A model generated the notes under the pieces. That model did not search any database. It was given only the letters and a program-made list of their open reading frames with translations, and was not told the origin of the DNA. A DNA stretch of 64,000 nucleotides, from the NCBI GenBank assembly GCA_963665095.1, contig OY762069.1, forward strand, positions 672,001 through 736,000, in the 5' to 3' direction. Position numbers and translations under genes: made by a program. Position 1 is the stretch's first letter. Each line of letters begins with the position of its first letter. This DNA comes from an uncultured Desulfobacter sp. Its GTDB lineage: Bacteria; Desulfobacterota; Desulfobacteria; Desulfobacterales; Desulfobacteraceae. Shown here piece after piece: positions 38,452 through 48,929 of this stretch.

Positions 38452-39690
38452 CTACTTTGCAAACTCACGCCTGAAAACATTCCACAAAGGGTTGTCCTTT
38501 CTTTCAATGAGCTGTTCATGGGGAACGCCTTTGTCCCGTTTCTCCCAGTATTTCCAATTCAGTTTTTTGGTGCCCAGTTCATAATCCATGCCATCCCAGT
38601 CCGAAGAACGGAATGCGTAGAAGGCCCAATGCCACCCCTTTTTATTAAATACTGCCATAAGATTTTCAAGGTATGACTGGGCACCTGAAACACGGCGATC
38701 GCAACCAAACTCCTCGACAATAATCCCGGAGGCGGGGATGTTAAACCGTTTGGCCCATTCGGCCACGGGCTGAATTTTCTGTTCAATGGTTTTCCTGCTC
38801 CAGGCCTTTGTTTTTCCGGCGTTATCCCCGGGCATTTTGTCGGGATAGGAAAAACGGCCCTTATTGACACGAAATGTAGTGTAATCCCAGGGATCATAAA
38901 AGTGAAAGGCGTAAAGCACGGCCTTATCATTCACCGGAGTAAGAAACGGCACCCCTGCTGCCCCGGCATGGAACCAGCCGTCAAGGATAATTGGCGTATC
39001 CGGGTCCTGGGAGCGAATCGCCTTTACAATGCCGCGGTTGAAGCGATTGAGATCACAGGCTGTTCCTGTATGCTCTTTTAGCCATTTCTCAAAGCCTGCA
39101 TGACTCTCTTCGGTAAAATTATCCTTTCTGGCAGGATAGGGCTCATTAATAGGGTTATAGCCTGCAATTGCAGGATGGTTTTTCAAGGCTTTTGCAAGTT
39201 GTTTCCAGAAATCAAAAGCCTGCTGCTGATAAGCGTCATCTGTCCAGAGACGATAATCAAATGCATTGTTGTTCTGCTGGCGCCAGCGGGCTCCGGGTAG
39301 ACTGAACATGGTTAATACAACACGTACCTGATTCTTTTGGGCGGTATCCAGAACCTGCTTAAGGCGTGCAAGATCCTTTTCCGGGATGTTGGTAAAGTTG
39401 TCAGCATTGCCAATTAGAAAATCGCGCTGCTGCCCCTTCCACTTTGCCGGTGTCAGCCGGACAAACGACAATCCGGCTTCAGCTGCTGCCTTGAACCATT
39501 CATTTGCATTTCCCGGAGCATCACCGTTTGCTCCTTTGCGCTGCTGCTGCCAGTAACCTGTCTTATTTTCAGACGACGATGCCGCAGATGTTTCATTGCT
39601 TTTCGATGGTTGTCCAAAAGCCTGACCACTGCAAAAAATAAGGGCAAAAATAATTGCCTGTAAAATACGGTTTGAATATTTAATACGCAT
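38452..39690 (-). CDS. Secreted glycoside hydrolase family 5 (cellulase superfamily)
   Basis: Signal peptide; FVRL, YNPINEP (acid/base), FHFY, IVEEFG (nucleophile), WAFYAF. Confidence 0.85.
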   Translation of the reverse strand: MRIKYSNRILQAIIFALIFCSGQAFGQPSKSNETSAASSSENKTGYWQQQRKGANGDAPGNANEWFKAAAEAGLSFVRLTPAKWKGQQRDFLIGNADNFTNIPEKDLARLKQVLDTAQKNQVRVVLTMFSLPGARWRQQNNNAFDYRLWTDDAYQQQAFDFWKQLAKALKNHPAIAGYNPINEPYPARKDNFTEESHAGFEKWLKEHTGTACDLNRFNRGIVKAIRSQDPDTPIILDGWFHAGAAGVPFLTPVNDKAVLYAFHFYDPWDYTTFRVNKGRFSYPDKMPGDNAGKTKAWSRKTIEQKIQPVAEWAKRFNIPASGIIVEEFGCDRRVSGAQSYLENLMAVFNKKGWHWAFYAFRSSDWDGMDYELGTKKLNWKYWEKRDKGVPHEQLIERKDNPLWNVFRREFAK

Positions 39691-40020
39691 ACTTTTTAAC
39701 TCTCTTGTTTTTATTGTTGATATCTATATTTACAGCAAACCCTATATAGCTTAATGATAGAAAAACACGAACCGCAAAAGGGATCAACAGCTTATTGAGC
39801 TCTTTCATATATGTATGTTAACGATCTGATCGTTGAATTTACACTTTTTTCCTCGAATATTAGCTGACCCTGTGTTGTTTCGATAAATTTACTGCTGGTG
39901 CGAAGCTGTTTTACATGATTGTGCCATTCATACCGAACCCATCAGCTATTACATTGGAAAATTTGAAATGACAAAAGATATTGAAAGCGTGTTGATGTTT
40001 ATCTGCGCAAATATTCCCAG

Positions 40021-40830
40021 GTGGACATAAGCTGTAATGTCTGTTTCGACGGCATGGACAAACACCATTCATTATTCCATAAAATGCTCACCAAAGAGGA
40101 ACGCCTCTGGCTTAAATCCCATCCTGTAATCCGGGTAGGGTTTTCTCCGGCACGGCCGCCCTTTGAATTTATTGACGCAAAAGGCCCCCACGGGATTGTC
40201 CCGGACTATTTTGAACTTTTTGCCAAACGCCTTCATGTTGGATTTAAACAGATTGAAAAAGAGGACGGCGGCTTTTATTCATGGCACAGATTTTAACGCT
40301 TGCCGCTGAAAAAAAATCGATCTCCTTCCCGGTTTAATCAAGACCCGGAGCCGGGAAAAATTTTTAAATTTTACCCGGTCATATATTAATTCCCCCTGGG
40401 TTCTGGTTGTACGGTCCAAAGAATCTGCTGACAGTATAAAAGCCTTTTACGGCAAAAAAGTGGCATTCGTGGGACCCTATCCCAGTACAGAACAATTATC
40501 AGCCCTGCATCCTGAACTGGATATCGTCAGGGTCGAATCCCCCCTTGACGGCTTGGCCCGTGTGGCTAGGGCCAGGCCGACGCCTTTTTCTCCAATGCGG
40601 CCGATGCTGCCTTCTGGATCAGTAACCGCAATTTCCAGCAATTGAAAATCGCCTGCTGGGTGGAGGACATTGATTCCCAACTGCACATCGGCGTTCGAAA
40701 AGACTGGCCGGTGCTGGTATCCATTTTAAATAAAACCCTTGACTTTTTAACCCCGGAGGAGCATGCCGCCATCCACAGCAGATGGGTCACCATTGAATAC
40801 AAAAATAAGCTTGACTGGGGCAGATTTTTT
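40021..40830 (+). pseudogene. Frameshifted SBP-domain sensor kinase fragment
   Basis: LTKEERLWLKSHPVIRVGFSPARPPFEF and GVRKDWPVLVSILNKTL...IHSRW in different frames; resembles the SBP repeats of 14427..19772. Confidence 0.7.
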
Positions 40831-40991
40831 CGGATGGCATGCCCCCGGATAACTGCAGAGCTGCTTTCTGTGCAGTTTTGTTCAGATCCCGGAAGAGCCG
40901 GACATTTTTTCGGCCATGTCGCTCCAGGAATAAATTTTGTCACTGCCGTCAACTATGATCAATGCATCATGTTATGCTCTGGTCATCGCCA

Positions 40992-41101
40992 TCAAAAGCG
41001 AAGAGACCGGCCTTGCATCGGTGAAGGTTTCCCTTGTCGTCGAGCTTGCCAAGGCCGACACTTCGGAGAGACTGGAATCCAAGCTTGCGGCCGGTTTAAG
41101 T
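40992..41101 (+). repeat. Degenerate internal copy of the outer-membrane-factor gene at 57693-57868
   Basis: 25-nt exact match 41012-41036 = 57713-57737; similarity continues after a 66-nt deletion. Confidence 0.85.
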
Positions 41102-41163
41102 AACGTTTAACTTAATATGATGAGTATGTTTTCACTATCTGTATTTTATCTTTTATATATAAC

Positions 41164-42696
41164 TCAACACGTGACCATGCCAAGTTTTTTCATACGGCTT
41201 CGTAGCGTATTGGGGTGAATCTCCAGAATATCCGCAGCTCCGTCCTTTCCCTGAATTTTTCCGTGAGTCGCTTTCAATACGCTCTGGATATGGCGGCGCA
41301 TGGCCTCATCCAGGCTGATGAACTCTCCCGTATCGTTATGGGGATGTGATGCGGTTGATTCAACACTGCCATTTGCTGTGAGTCTGGGAAACGCAAGTTT
41401 TGCCCCCTGTTTTCCCTGATGCTGAATCAAGGCCCGCTCAACGATGTTCTCCAATTCCCTGACATTTCCCGGCCAGGCATAGTTGATGAGCATTTCCATG
41501 GTATCATGGGATATGGACGGATGCTCAACCAGATTAAAAGCCTTTAATTTTCGTTCAATAAAGTGATGCACAAAAGCCGGAATATCTGTTTTTCTCTCTC
41601 TGAGCGGTGGAATCTGTATGGGAAAAACATTGAGCCGGAACCAGAGATCTTCACGGAATAATCCTTCTTTTACCATCTGCTGTAAATCGCGGTGGGTGGC
41701 TGCGATGATTCGAACATCTACCTTGATGCTATCTGTGCTGCCCACAGGATCAATATAGCCATCCTGGAGCACCCGCAACAGCCGCACTTGCGCGGCAGGG
41801 GCCAGCTCGCCGACCTCATCGAGAAACAGCGTTCCCTGATGCGCACGGGCAAAACGCCCCCGCTTGCTTTTCACCGCGCCGGTAAAAGCGCCTTTTTCAT
41901 GCCCAAACAATTCGCTGTCCAGCAGGTTTTCCGAGAACGCGCCACAGTTCACCTTGATAAAAGGGCCTTCGCTTCGGGGTGAGGAATAATGAATGGCATT
42001 GGCGATCACCTCCTTGCCCACGCCTGTTTCTCCGCCCAGCATCACAAGACAGTTCAATGGAGCGGCCTGCCGCACCTGCTCCATTACCTCCAGCAGACCG
42101 TAACGGGCTCCCACAATTTCATTGCCTGAGGTCTGGCGAAGTTCCTGGAGAAGGTAACGGTTATCATCAGCCAGGAGATCCTTGAGCCGAAGGACCTCCC
42201 GATGCCGTAATACATTTGCCAGGGCTACCGCAAATGGATCATGCAACAGATGGAGTAGGCGGGCGTGCTCTTCGGTGAATTCGCTGTGGGAATTGGAAAA
42301 GAGCTGGACTACGCCAAGTTTTTCCTGATCAATCTTCAGGTGCAGCACCATTTCGGAAAATGCACTGATCCCAAGTGCTCGATCAATGTCTTCCGAGACA
42401 GGATTGGAATGTTTTCTGGAATGAATAATAACACCATTTTCTGTTTCCTGATGAATAAAGGCCTGTGATTCAGGTGACAGAAAAATGGAGCGGAGTCCGC
42501 CTGGAACCGGAAGTGCTGGGGAATGGGCAAAAATACGAATGGATCGACTTCCCTGTTCATAGGTGGAAAGCATGATCCCCTCGACCGGCATGAACAGCTG
42601 TAAATACTTTTCACAATCACGGATCATCCGGTTTTCATCCAGGCTGCCGCATATCGTCATGGTGCCTTGATGGAAAAAGCTTTTGTCATCAATCAT
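41164..42696 (-). CDS. GAF-domain sigma54-dependent activator (FhlA/HyfR-like)
   Basis: N-terminal GAF-like region; GETGVGKE; ELFGHEKGAFTGA; LDEVGE; GAADILEIHPNTLRSRMKKLG. Confidence 0.92.
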   Translation of the reverse strand: MIDDKSFFHQGTMTICGSLDENRMIRDCEKYLQLFMPVEGIMLSTYEQGSRSIRIFAHSPALPVPGGLRSIFLSPESQAFIHQETENGVIIHSRKHSNPVSEDIDRALGISAFSEMVLHLKIDQEKLGVVQLFSNSHSEFTEEHARLLHLLHDPFAVALANVLRHREVLRLKDLLADDNRYLLQELRQTSGNEIVGARYGLLEVMEQVRQAAPLNCLVMLGGETGVGKEVIANAIHYSSPRSEGPFIKVNCGAFSENLLDSELFGHEKGAFTGAVKSKRGRFARAHQGTLFLDEVGELAPAAQVRLLRVLQDGYIDPVGSTDSIKVDVRIIAATHRDLQQMVKEGLFREDLWFRLNVFPIQIPPLRERKTDIPAFVHHFIERKLKAFNLVEHPSISHDTMEMLINYAWPGNVRELENIVERALIQHQGKQGAKLAFPRLTANGSVESTASHPHNDTGEFISLDEAMRRHIQSVLKATHGKIQGKDGAADILEIHPNTLRSRMKKLGMVTC

Positions 42697-42704
42697 ATTC
42701 TCTC

Positions 42705-42767
42705 CACTATATTTCGTATCTCATCCGGTCTCTACCATATTTCGTTGCCGAAGTCACGATATTTCGT
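42705..42767. promoter_or_regulatory. Three upstream activator sites
   Basis: CACTATATTTCGT (42705), TACCATATTTCGT (42733), CACGATATTTCGT (42755); imperfect palindrome ACGAnATnTCGT. Confidence 0.65.
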
Positions 42768-42820
42768 TTGTAAATTTAAGCCGCCTTACATGTTTTTAAT
42801 AAATACAGTATGTTGCAAAA

Positions 42821-42836
42821 TGGCACGTTACTTGCT
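42821..42836 (+). promoter_or_regulatory. Sigma54 promoter
   Basis: TGGCACGTTACTTGCT, consensus -24/-12. Confidence 0.85.
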
Positions 42837-42937
42837 CAGAACTTGCTCAGGAGATATTATGACGTTGTAAGGCGATCACCTTGCAGGCAAAGGAACAAAG
42901 AGGGCTACTACGTGTCCAACACAACAGGAGATGCAAT

Positions 42938-43240
42938 ATGCAATGGATGGAAATAATCAACGCCCGTATGACGGATCCATCTGTACACAGGGAGATAACA
43001 GAGCTGTTTGGCGACATTCACTCCCAGATGAATTCGAAAATGAAACAACAAGTGAAGTTGATGCTCTATCGCAATAACCTGATTGAAAATGACTGGTCCA
43101 TTCATCTGAACTGGACAGGCACTCAAAAACCCAAAGGAAAAAGCGAGCTTGGCGTGAAACTGGCAGAGCTGTTGCGCCCATTTGCCCTTGTTGATCACAA
43201 CGTATGGGTTGAGGCAAAGGTTATAGGCGCAGGCTCCTGA
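42938..43240 (+). CDS. Small hypothetical protein, first gene of the sigma54 operon
   Basis: ATG 42938 follows AGGAG; MQWMEII...DWSIHLNW...KSELGVKLAELLRPFALVDHNVW. Confidence 0.7.
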   Translation: MQWMEIINARMTDPSVHREITELFGDIHSQMNSKMKQQVKLMLYRNNLIENDWSIHLNWTGTQKPKGKSELGVKLAELLRPFALVDHNVWVEAKVIGAGS

Positions 43241-43293
43241 GGAGAATCAGAGCACGGCGTCTCACAATATTTAAGAAGCAGGAGAAAAAAACA

Positions 43294-44427
43294 GTGAATA
43301 AAAAGGAGACAGTTTTGCATTTCAGACAATTTTTTGTAGTTCTCTGGGTATTGAGCAGTGCGCTGCTCTGCTTAAGCCTTAGTGGCTGTAAATCGGAAAA
43401 AACCGAATCAGTGGTGGAAAGCCTGCCTAAGGAAATCCCGGTCACTGTTCAGCCAGTCAAAGAAGTGATGACGAACAATGTCATTTCCGTGAGTGGCACA
43501 CTGGTGGCAGACAAAACCGCACCGCTGGGTTTCCTGGTTCCAGGCCGGGTGGATCTGGTCAAGGTGGATGAGGGAGATAAGGTAAACAAGGGTGATCTGC
43601 TGGCGACCATTGAGTCCCAGGATTATAAAAACAGCCTGGATATGGCAGAGGCTGCGGTGCTTCGAGCCAGTGACGCCTATAAACGCTATGAACCGCTCTA
43701 CAAGGAAGGCGCGTTCGCTGAAAAAAACATCATCGAGCTTAAAGCCAACCTGGCCGAGGCCAGGGCAGCCCGAAACATTGCTGCCAAGGCACTCAAGGAT
43801 ACCCGCCTTTATTCCCCCATTACCGGCATTGTCGGCAGTAAGAGCATTGAGCTTGGGCAGATGGTTTCCGCCCAGTCGCCTGCCTTTACCATCGTCAAAA
43901 CCGATCTGATCTATGCCAGGGTGCCGGTTCCGGAAACCGAGATTGATCAGGTCACCATGGGCAAAGCTGCCCAGGTTTCCATCTCTGCTCTTCAAGGCAG
44001 GACCTTTACCGGAAAAGTCACTATGATCGGGGCGGTTGCCGATGTGCAGGCCCGCACCTATCCGGTCAAGGTAGAGCTTCAGAATCAGGATCTGCTGCTG
44101 CGTCCCGGCATGATCGCACAGACCAATATCCAGTGCGACCGCCCCCTTACCGTGCTCACTGTCCCAGGCGTTGCCATTGTCCGGGACGCCGATACCATCA
44201 CCTATGTTTTTGTTGTGGATCAACACAGCAAGACAGCCCATCTGCGGCGCGTTACCCCGGGCAACGCGTACAAAGACGGCATTGTGATCCGTGATGGCTT
44301 AAAAGCCGGTGAATTAATTGTTGTCGCAGGCCAGAATAAACTTGCTGACGGCACTGCGGTAATCCTGCTTTCGGCTGAACAGGAAACCTCGCCTTCTGAT
44401 CTGACCACAAGGGAGGTCCGGCAATGA
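43294..44427 (+). CDS. RND efflux periplasmic adaptor (MFP), lipoprotein
   Basis: LSGC lipobox; VDEGDKVNKGDLLA; LYSPITGIV; LRPGM. Confidence 0.92.
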   Translation: MNKKETVLHFRQFFVVLWVLSSALLCLSLSGCKSEKTESVVESLPKEIPVTVQPVKEVMTNNVISVSGTLVADKTAPLGFLVPGRVDLVKVDEGDKVNKGDLLATIESQDYKNSLDMAEAAVLRASDAYKRYEPLYKEGAFAEKNIIELKANLAEARAARNIAAKALKDTRLYSPITGIVGSKSIELGQMVSAQSPAFTIVKTDLIYARVPVPETEIDQVTMGKAAQVSISALQGRTFTGKVTMIGAVADVQARTYPVKVELQNQDLLLRPGMIAQTNIQCDRPLTVLTVPGVAIVRDADTITYVFVVDQHSKTAHLRRVTPGNAYKDGIVIRDGLKAGELIVVAGQNKLADGTAVILLSAEQETSPSDLTTREVRQ

Positions 44428-47400
44428 GATTATTTGAAGGTGCTCTCAAGCATAAGCAGATCACCCTGCTTTTGACCATGATCCTGGTTGTGGCGGGTAT
44501 TCATTCCCTGCAGCACATGCCCAGAAGGGAAGATCCCAAGATGACCATCCGTCAGGGGCTGGTTATCATGCAATATCCCGGTGCAACTGCACTTGAAGTG
44601 GAGGAACAGGTCACCAAGAAGGTGGAAAATCAGCTCTTTCGATATGAAGAGGTCAAAAAAGACGAGACCGAATCCACCACCAGGGATGGCGAGATGGTTA
44701 TTCAGGTCGAATTGCAGGAATGGGTCACGAACAAGGAAAAGTTCTGGTCAAAGGCGCGCCATGACCTCATTGAGCTGAAATCCTCCCTGCCGGCCGGGGT
44801 TATAGGCCCGATCATCAACAGCGATTTTGGTGATACCGTAGCTCTTCTGATCGCCATTTCCTCTGACCGCCACGGCTACAAGGAGCTGCGCGATTATCTG
44901 GAAATCGTCGAGGACGAGCTGCGTCCGCTGCCCGAGGTATCCAAGCTCAAACGATACGGTGAGCAGGATGAACAGATCTATGTCACCACCGATTCCGCCA
45001 AGATGGCGCGCTTCGGCGTGACCCAGGAACAGGTGGCAGGTGCGCTGCAATCCATGAATACGATCACCTATGCCGGTGAGATCAAAAACGGCAATTCAGA
45101 GATTCCGCTGCATACCAGCAGCCTGTACACCTCCATCCAGCAGGTTGAAAACCAGATCATCTACACCTCGAAAAAAGACGGTATCGTGCGGCTGAAAGAT
45201 GTTGCCAAGGTGCAGCGCCGCTATGAGGAGCCGGATTCAATGATCCGCCTCAACGGCACTAAAACCCTGATCCTGTCGGTGGAGATGCAGAACGGCTTTA
45301 ACATTGTTGAATTCGGGGAAAAGGTGGACAGGCAGCTGGCTCTGGCAAGGGATCAAATCCCGCCGGATGTGACGGTGCGCAAGACCATTGACCAGCCCCT
45401 GGTGGTTGAAGAGAACATCAACCATTTCATGAAGGAGTTCGCCATCGCCATTGTGGCGGTTATCCTGGTCACCGTGCTGCTGCTGCCCATCCGGGTGGCA
45501 CTGGTCGCAGCCATGGCGATCCCCATTACCATCATGATCACCTTTGGCTTTCTCGAATTTTTCCATATCAACCTGCAGCAGATGACCCTGGCCGGCCTGA
45601 TTGTGGTGCTGGGCATGGTGGTGGACAACGCCATTGTTATTGTCGATGACTATGTGGAACGGCTCGATCAGGGCGAGAGTACCTGGCAGGCGGCCTTGAA
45701 AAGTGCCACTGATCTGTTTGTGCCGGTCTTTGCCGCCACCCTTGCCATTATCTGCGCCTTTATCCCGCTGAACCTGATCGTTTCGGGCAACGCCGGAGAA
45801 TTTCTGCGCGCTTTGCCCATCGCGGTCACCGTGGCCCTGATCATTTCAATGGTTGTGGCGGTTCTGCTTATCCCGCTGCTCTGCCATGTGCTCATCAAAA
45901 CCGGGCTGCATTCGGCAGGCAGCAAGAAAAAGCGCTTGAGCTTTCTTGATCTGGTGCAAAAAGGCTACGACGGGCTCCTCGGGCTGGCCTTCAAAGTGCC
46001 GGCACTCACCGTGCTCTTTGGCATCCTGGCGGTAGTGGGCACGGTCTTTGTCGCCAAGCATGTACCGGTGCGCCTGTTCCCCTATGCCGAGCGCAACCAG
46101 TTCTGCTTTGAAATCTATATGGACAGGGGCACCCGGCTGGAAGCAACCGATGCGGCAGTACGAAAACTTGAGGCAATACTTAAAAAAGACGAACGTATTG
46201 TCGAGGTGACCAGCTTCATCGGCACCGCATCGCCACGCTTCTATATGACCTATGCACCGCAGCAGGATGAGAAAAACTATGCCCAGATCCTTATTCAGAC
46301 CCGCACGGTAGAGGACACCAACGAACTGGTCAGGCTATATCTGCATCAGCTGCACAACTATCTGCCCAACGGCCAGATCCTCATTAAACAACTTGGGCAG
46401 GGGCCGCCGGTGGACGCACCCATCGAGGTGCGGGTATATGGGCGTGATCTTGAACAGATCCGTCATATCGGTGCCAAGGTCAGCGACATCCTGAAAAAGA
46501 CCGAAGGCACCAACTGCATCCGCACCACCTTTGAACAGGACTATTACGGCATCCGCATCCAGGTGGACGAAGAGGTCGCCAACCGATTGGGTTTTACCAC
46601 CCAGGATGTTGCCCGGGCACTGGGCGGCGGTTTCAAGGGCTTGCCTGTATCGGTTCTCTGGGAAGGCGATAATCCGGTTACCCTCCTGCTGCGCCTGGAC
46701 AAAGAAAAGCGCAGCACCTTTGAGGATCTGGACAACACCTATCTGGTGTCTCCTGTGACCGGAGTCAGGGTACCGCTCAGGCAGCTGGCCACCCTGGAGC
46801 CGGAATGGCAGAATGGTCGTATCCGCCGCCGTAACGGCATGCGCTGCATGACCGTGCGCAGTGAGGCCCAGTTGGGACGCATGCCCAATGACATCCTGGG
46901 CGAGATCATGCCCAAGATCGCCGACATCAAGCTGCCCAAGGGCATGACCATCAGCTACGGCGGTGAGATCGAGGACCAGAAAACGGTTATGGGGCAGCAG
47001 GGGGCGTCGTTGCTCACCAGCCTGGTTCTCATCTTCATGGTGCTGCTCTTCCAGTTCAAGGGCATCCGCAAGACACTGATCATCATGGCTGCAATTCCCA
47101 TGAGCTGGTTCGGAGCCTTTCTGGGGCTTTTTATCACCGGCAATCCAGTGAGCTTCACCGGTTTTATCGGGCTGATAAGCCTCTCCGGCCTGGTGGTGAG
47201 AAACGGCATTATCCTGGTGGAATATGCGGACAAACTTGCCGCAGCCGACCCTGACGAGCCGTTGAAAAACATTGCAATACAGGCGGGAAAACGGCGCATG
47301 CGCCCGGTCTTTTTAACGGCAATGGCTGCGGCAATGGGGGTTGTTCCCATGATCATCAGCGGCTCTTTGCTGTGGGCACCGCTGGGTTCAGTCCTGTCAG

Positions 47401-47534
47401 CCGGTCTTGTTTTCGGCATGGCACTGACCCTGCTGGTTATGCCGGTACTTTACTGGGTTGTTTTGCAGCCCCGTGGCAAAAAACGGCGGAAAAACCTGAA
47501 AATCAGGCAGAAACAACTGGAATGCTCAGAATAA
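44424..47534 (+). CDS. RND efflux transporter permease (AcrB/AcrD/AcrF family)
   Basis: PRREDP, YPGATALEVE, GMVVDNAIV, GLVVRNGIILVEY, RMRPVFLT. Confidence 0.93.
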   Translation: MRLFEGALKHKQITLLLTMILVVAGIHSLQHMPRREDPKMTIRQGLVIMQYPGATALEVEEQVTKKVENQLFRYEEVKKDETESTTRDGEMVIQVELQEWVTNKEKFWSKARHDLIELKSSLPAGVIGPIINSDFGDTVALLIAISSDRHGYKELRDYLEIVEDELRPLPEVSKLKRYGEQDEQIYVTTDSAKMARFGVTQEQVAGALQSMNTITYAGEIKNGNSEIPLHTSSLYTSIQQVENQIIYTSKKDGIVRLKDVAKVQRRYEEPDSMIRLNGTKTLILSVEMQNGFNIVEFGEKVDRQLALARDQIPPDVTVRKTIDQPLVVEENINHFMKEFAIAIVAVILVTVLLLPIRVALVAAMAIPITIMITFGFLEFFHINLQQMTLAGLIVVLGMVVDNAIVIVDDYVERLDQGESTWQAALKSATDLFVPVFAATLAIICAFIPLNLIVSGNAGEFLRALPIAVTVALIISMVVAVLLIPLLCHVLIKTGLHSAGSKKKRLSFLDLVQKGYDGLLGLAFKVPALTVLFGILAVVGTVFVAKHVPVRLFPYAERNQFCFEIYMDRGTRLEATDAAVRKLEAILKKDERIVEVTSFIGTASPRFYMTYAPQQDEKNYAQILIQTRTVEDTNELVRLYLHQLHNYLPNGQILIKQLGQGPPVDAPIEVRVYGRDLEQIRHIGAKVSDILKKTEGTNCIRTTFEQDYYGIRIQVDEEVANRLGFTTQDVARALGGGFKGLPVSVLWEGDNPVTLLLRLDKEKRSTFEDLDNTYLVSPVTGVRVPLRQLATLEPEWQNGRIRRRNGMRCMTVRSEAQLGRMPNDILGEIMPKIADIKLPKGMTISYGGEIEDQKTVMGQQGASLLTSLVLIFMVLLFQFKGIRKTLIIMAAIPMSWFGAFLGLFITGNPVSFTGFIGLISLSGLVVRNGIILVEYADKLAAADPDEPLKNIAIQAGKRRMRPVFLTAMAAAMGVVPMIISGSLLWAPLGSVLSAGLVFGMALTLLVMPVLYWVVLQPRGKKRRKNLKIRQKQLECSE

Positions 47535-47553
47535 TTAACAAGGGAAATCAGCA

Positions 47554-48918
47554 ATGAAACGATTCAATTTTTATATATATGTGTATGGTGTTCTGGTGCT
47601 GGCTGGGTGGGGGGTGCTAACGCTGCCCCCTGCTGATGCCGCTCAAAACCGGCAGCTCTCTTTGGATGAGGCCATCCAGATTGCCCAGGAGCACAATCCC
47701 ATGGGCAGAAAAGCTCTGGAAGATATTACAGGCGCACAATTCACTGAAAAAAGTGCGAAGTCAGGATATATGCCCAATCTGTCGGTAAATTATGCCATAA
47801 CGCAAATGGCGGACCATGTTTATCAAGTGCAAAATGGCAAGAATGTGCAGGTAGCGCATGACACCCAATATGGCTGGGGCGTGGCAGTGGTGCAACCGCT
47901 GTTCACGGGTTTTGCCGTCTCCTGCCAGCATGAAATTGCCCAAATAGGTGTGGAGGTCAGCAAAAAGGAGAAGGAACAGGTCTTTCTTGACCTTACCCGC
48001 GGCGTAAAAGCCGCCTATTACCATCTGCTGCTTGCCGACAAGATTCTTTTAACCGCTGATGAGGCAGTAACCACCTTACAATCCCATGAAGATGATGCCC
48101 AGCGGTTTTACAAGTATGGGATTATCCGGCAAAACGATTTGCTCCGGGCAAAGGTTGCGCTTTCCGATGCGCTTCAGCAAAGAGAGCGCAGCCGTGCGGA
48201 TGTGGACACCGCCAGGGCGGAATTGAACCGCTGGCTGGCACGGGATATCAACGCAGATACCCAGGTGGAACAGGTAGACAGTATCGGATTAATCCATTCG
48301 ACTCTTTCGGATCTGATGGCATCGGGGCTTGCCCAAAGGCCACAACTTCAGGCCATGACCCTGGTGAGCGAGAGCTTGGAAAAGGCGGTAAAGCTTGAGA
48401 AGAGCAGTTATTACCCAACGGTTTCTCTGGTTGGCAGGTATTGGCAAAATGGTGACAGCCCCATAGCAGATAATAATGATTATGAGAATGATCATAATGC
48501 GTCCCTTAGTTTGCAAGCCTCCTGGCAACTTTTCGATGGCTTTAAAACCCGATCCGATGTGGGCAAGGCCGTATCAGCAAAACGTTCCTATGATCAGACG
48601 ATAAGACAGGTGCAGGATCAGATTTGTGTTGAGATAAAAAGAGCCTGGCTTAACCTGGGCGTGGCGCAGCACAATGTGAAGGCCTCAAAGGTAACCCTGG
48701 CTCAGGCCCAGGAAAATATGCGGATTACCCAGCTGGCGTATCGTCAGGAAGCGGCAACTTCCACTGAAGTGCTGGATGCCCAGACCGACCTGACAGGTGC
48801 CCGGACCAACTATTATCAGGCGCTGTACGGATATCTGGATGCACTTGCGGCACTGGAACACGCCGTTGGACATACCCTTGAAAGTGAAATGTCAACTGAA
48901 GCGCTTACAATGCAATAA
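47554..48918 (+). CDS. TolC-family outer membrane efflux protein
   Basis: Signal peptide; LSLDEAIQIAQEHNP, QPLFTG, YYPTVSL, EVLDAQ. Confidence 0.9.
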   Translation: MKRFNFYIYVYGVLVLAGWGVLTLPPADAAQNRQLSLDEAIQIAQEHNPMGRKALEDITGAQFTEKSAKSGYMPNLSVNYAITQMADHVYQVQNGKNVQVAHDTQYGWGVAVVQPLFTGFAVSCQHEIAQIGVEVSKKEKEQVFLDLTRGVKAAYYHLLLADKILLTADEAVTTLQSHEDDAQRFYKYGIIRQNDLLRAKVALSDALQQRERSRADVDTARAELNRWLARDINADTQVEQVDSIGLIHSTLSDLMASGLAQRPQLQAMTLVSESLEKAVKLEKSSYYPTVSLVGRYWQNGDSPIADNNDYENDHNASLSLQASWQLFDGFKTRSDVGKAVSAKRSYDQTIRQVQDQICVEIKRAWLNLGVAQHNVKASKVTLAQAQENMRITQLAYRQEAATSTEVLDAQTDLTGARTNYYQALYGYLDALAALEHAVGHTLESEMSTEALTMQ

Positions 48919-48929
48919 GGAGTGACACC

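Noticed and set aside
43408..44241. 277-aa antisense ORF, and similar shadows at 50017..50634, 16749..17354 and 15030..15629
   Set aside because: They lie fully opposite well-supported genes and have no motifs; codon-bias shadows.
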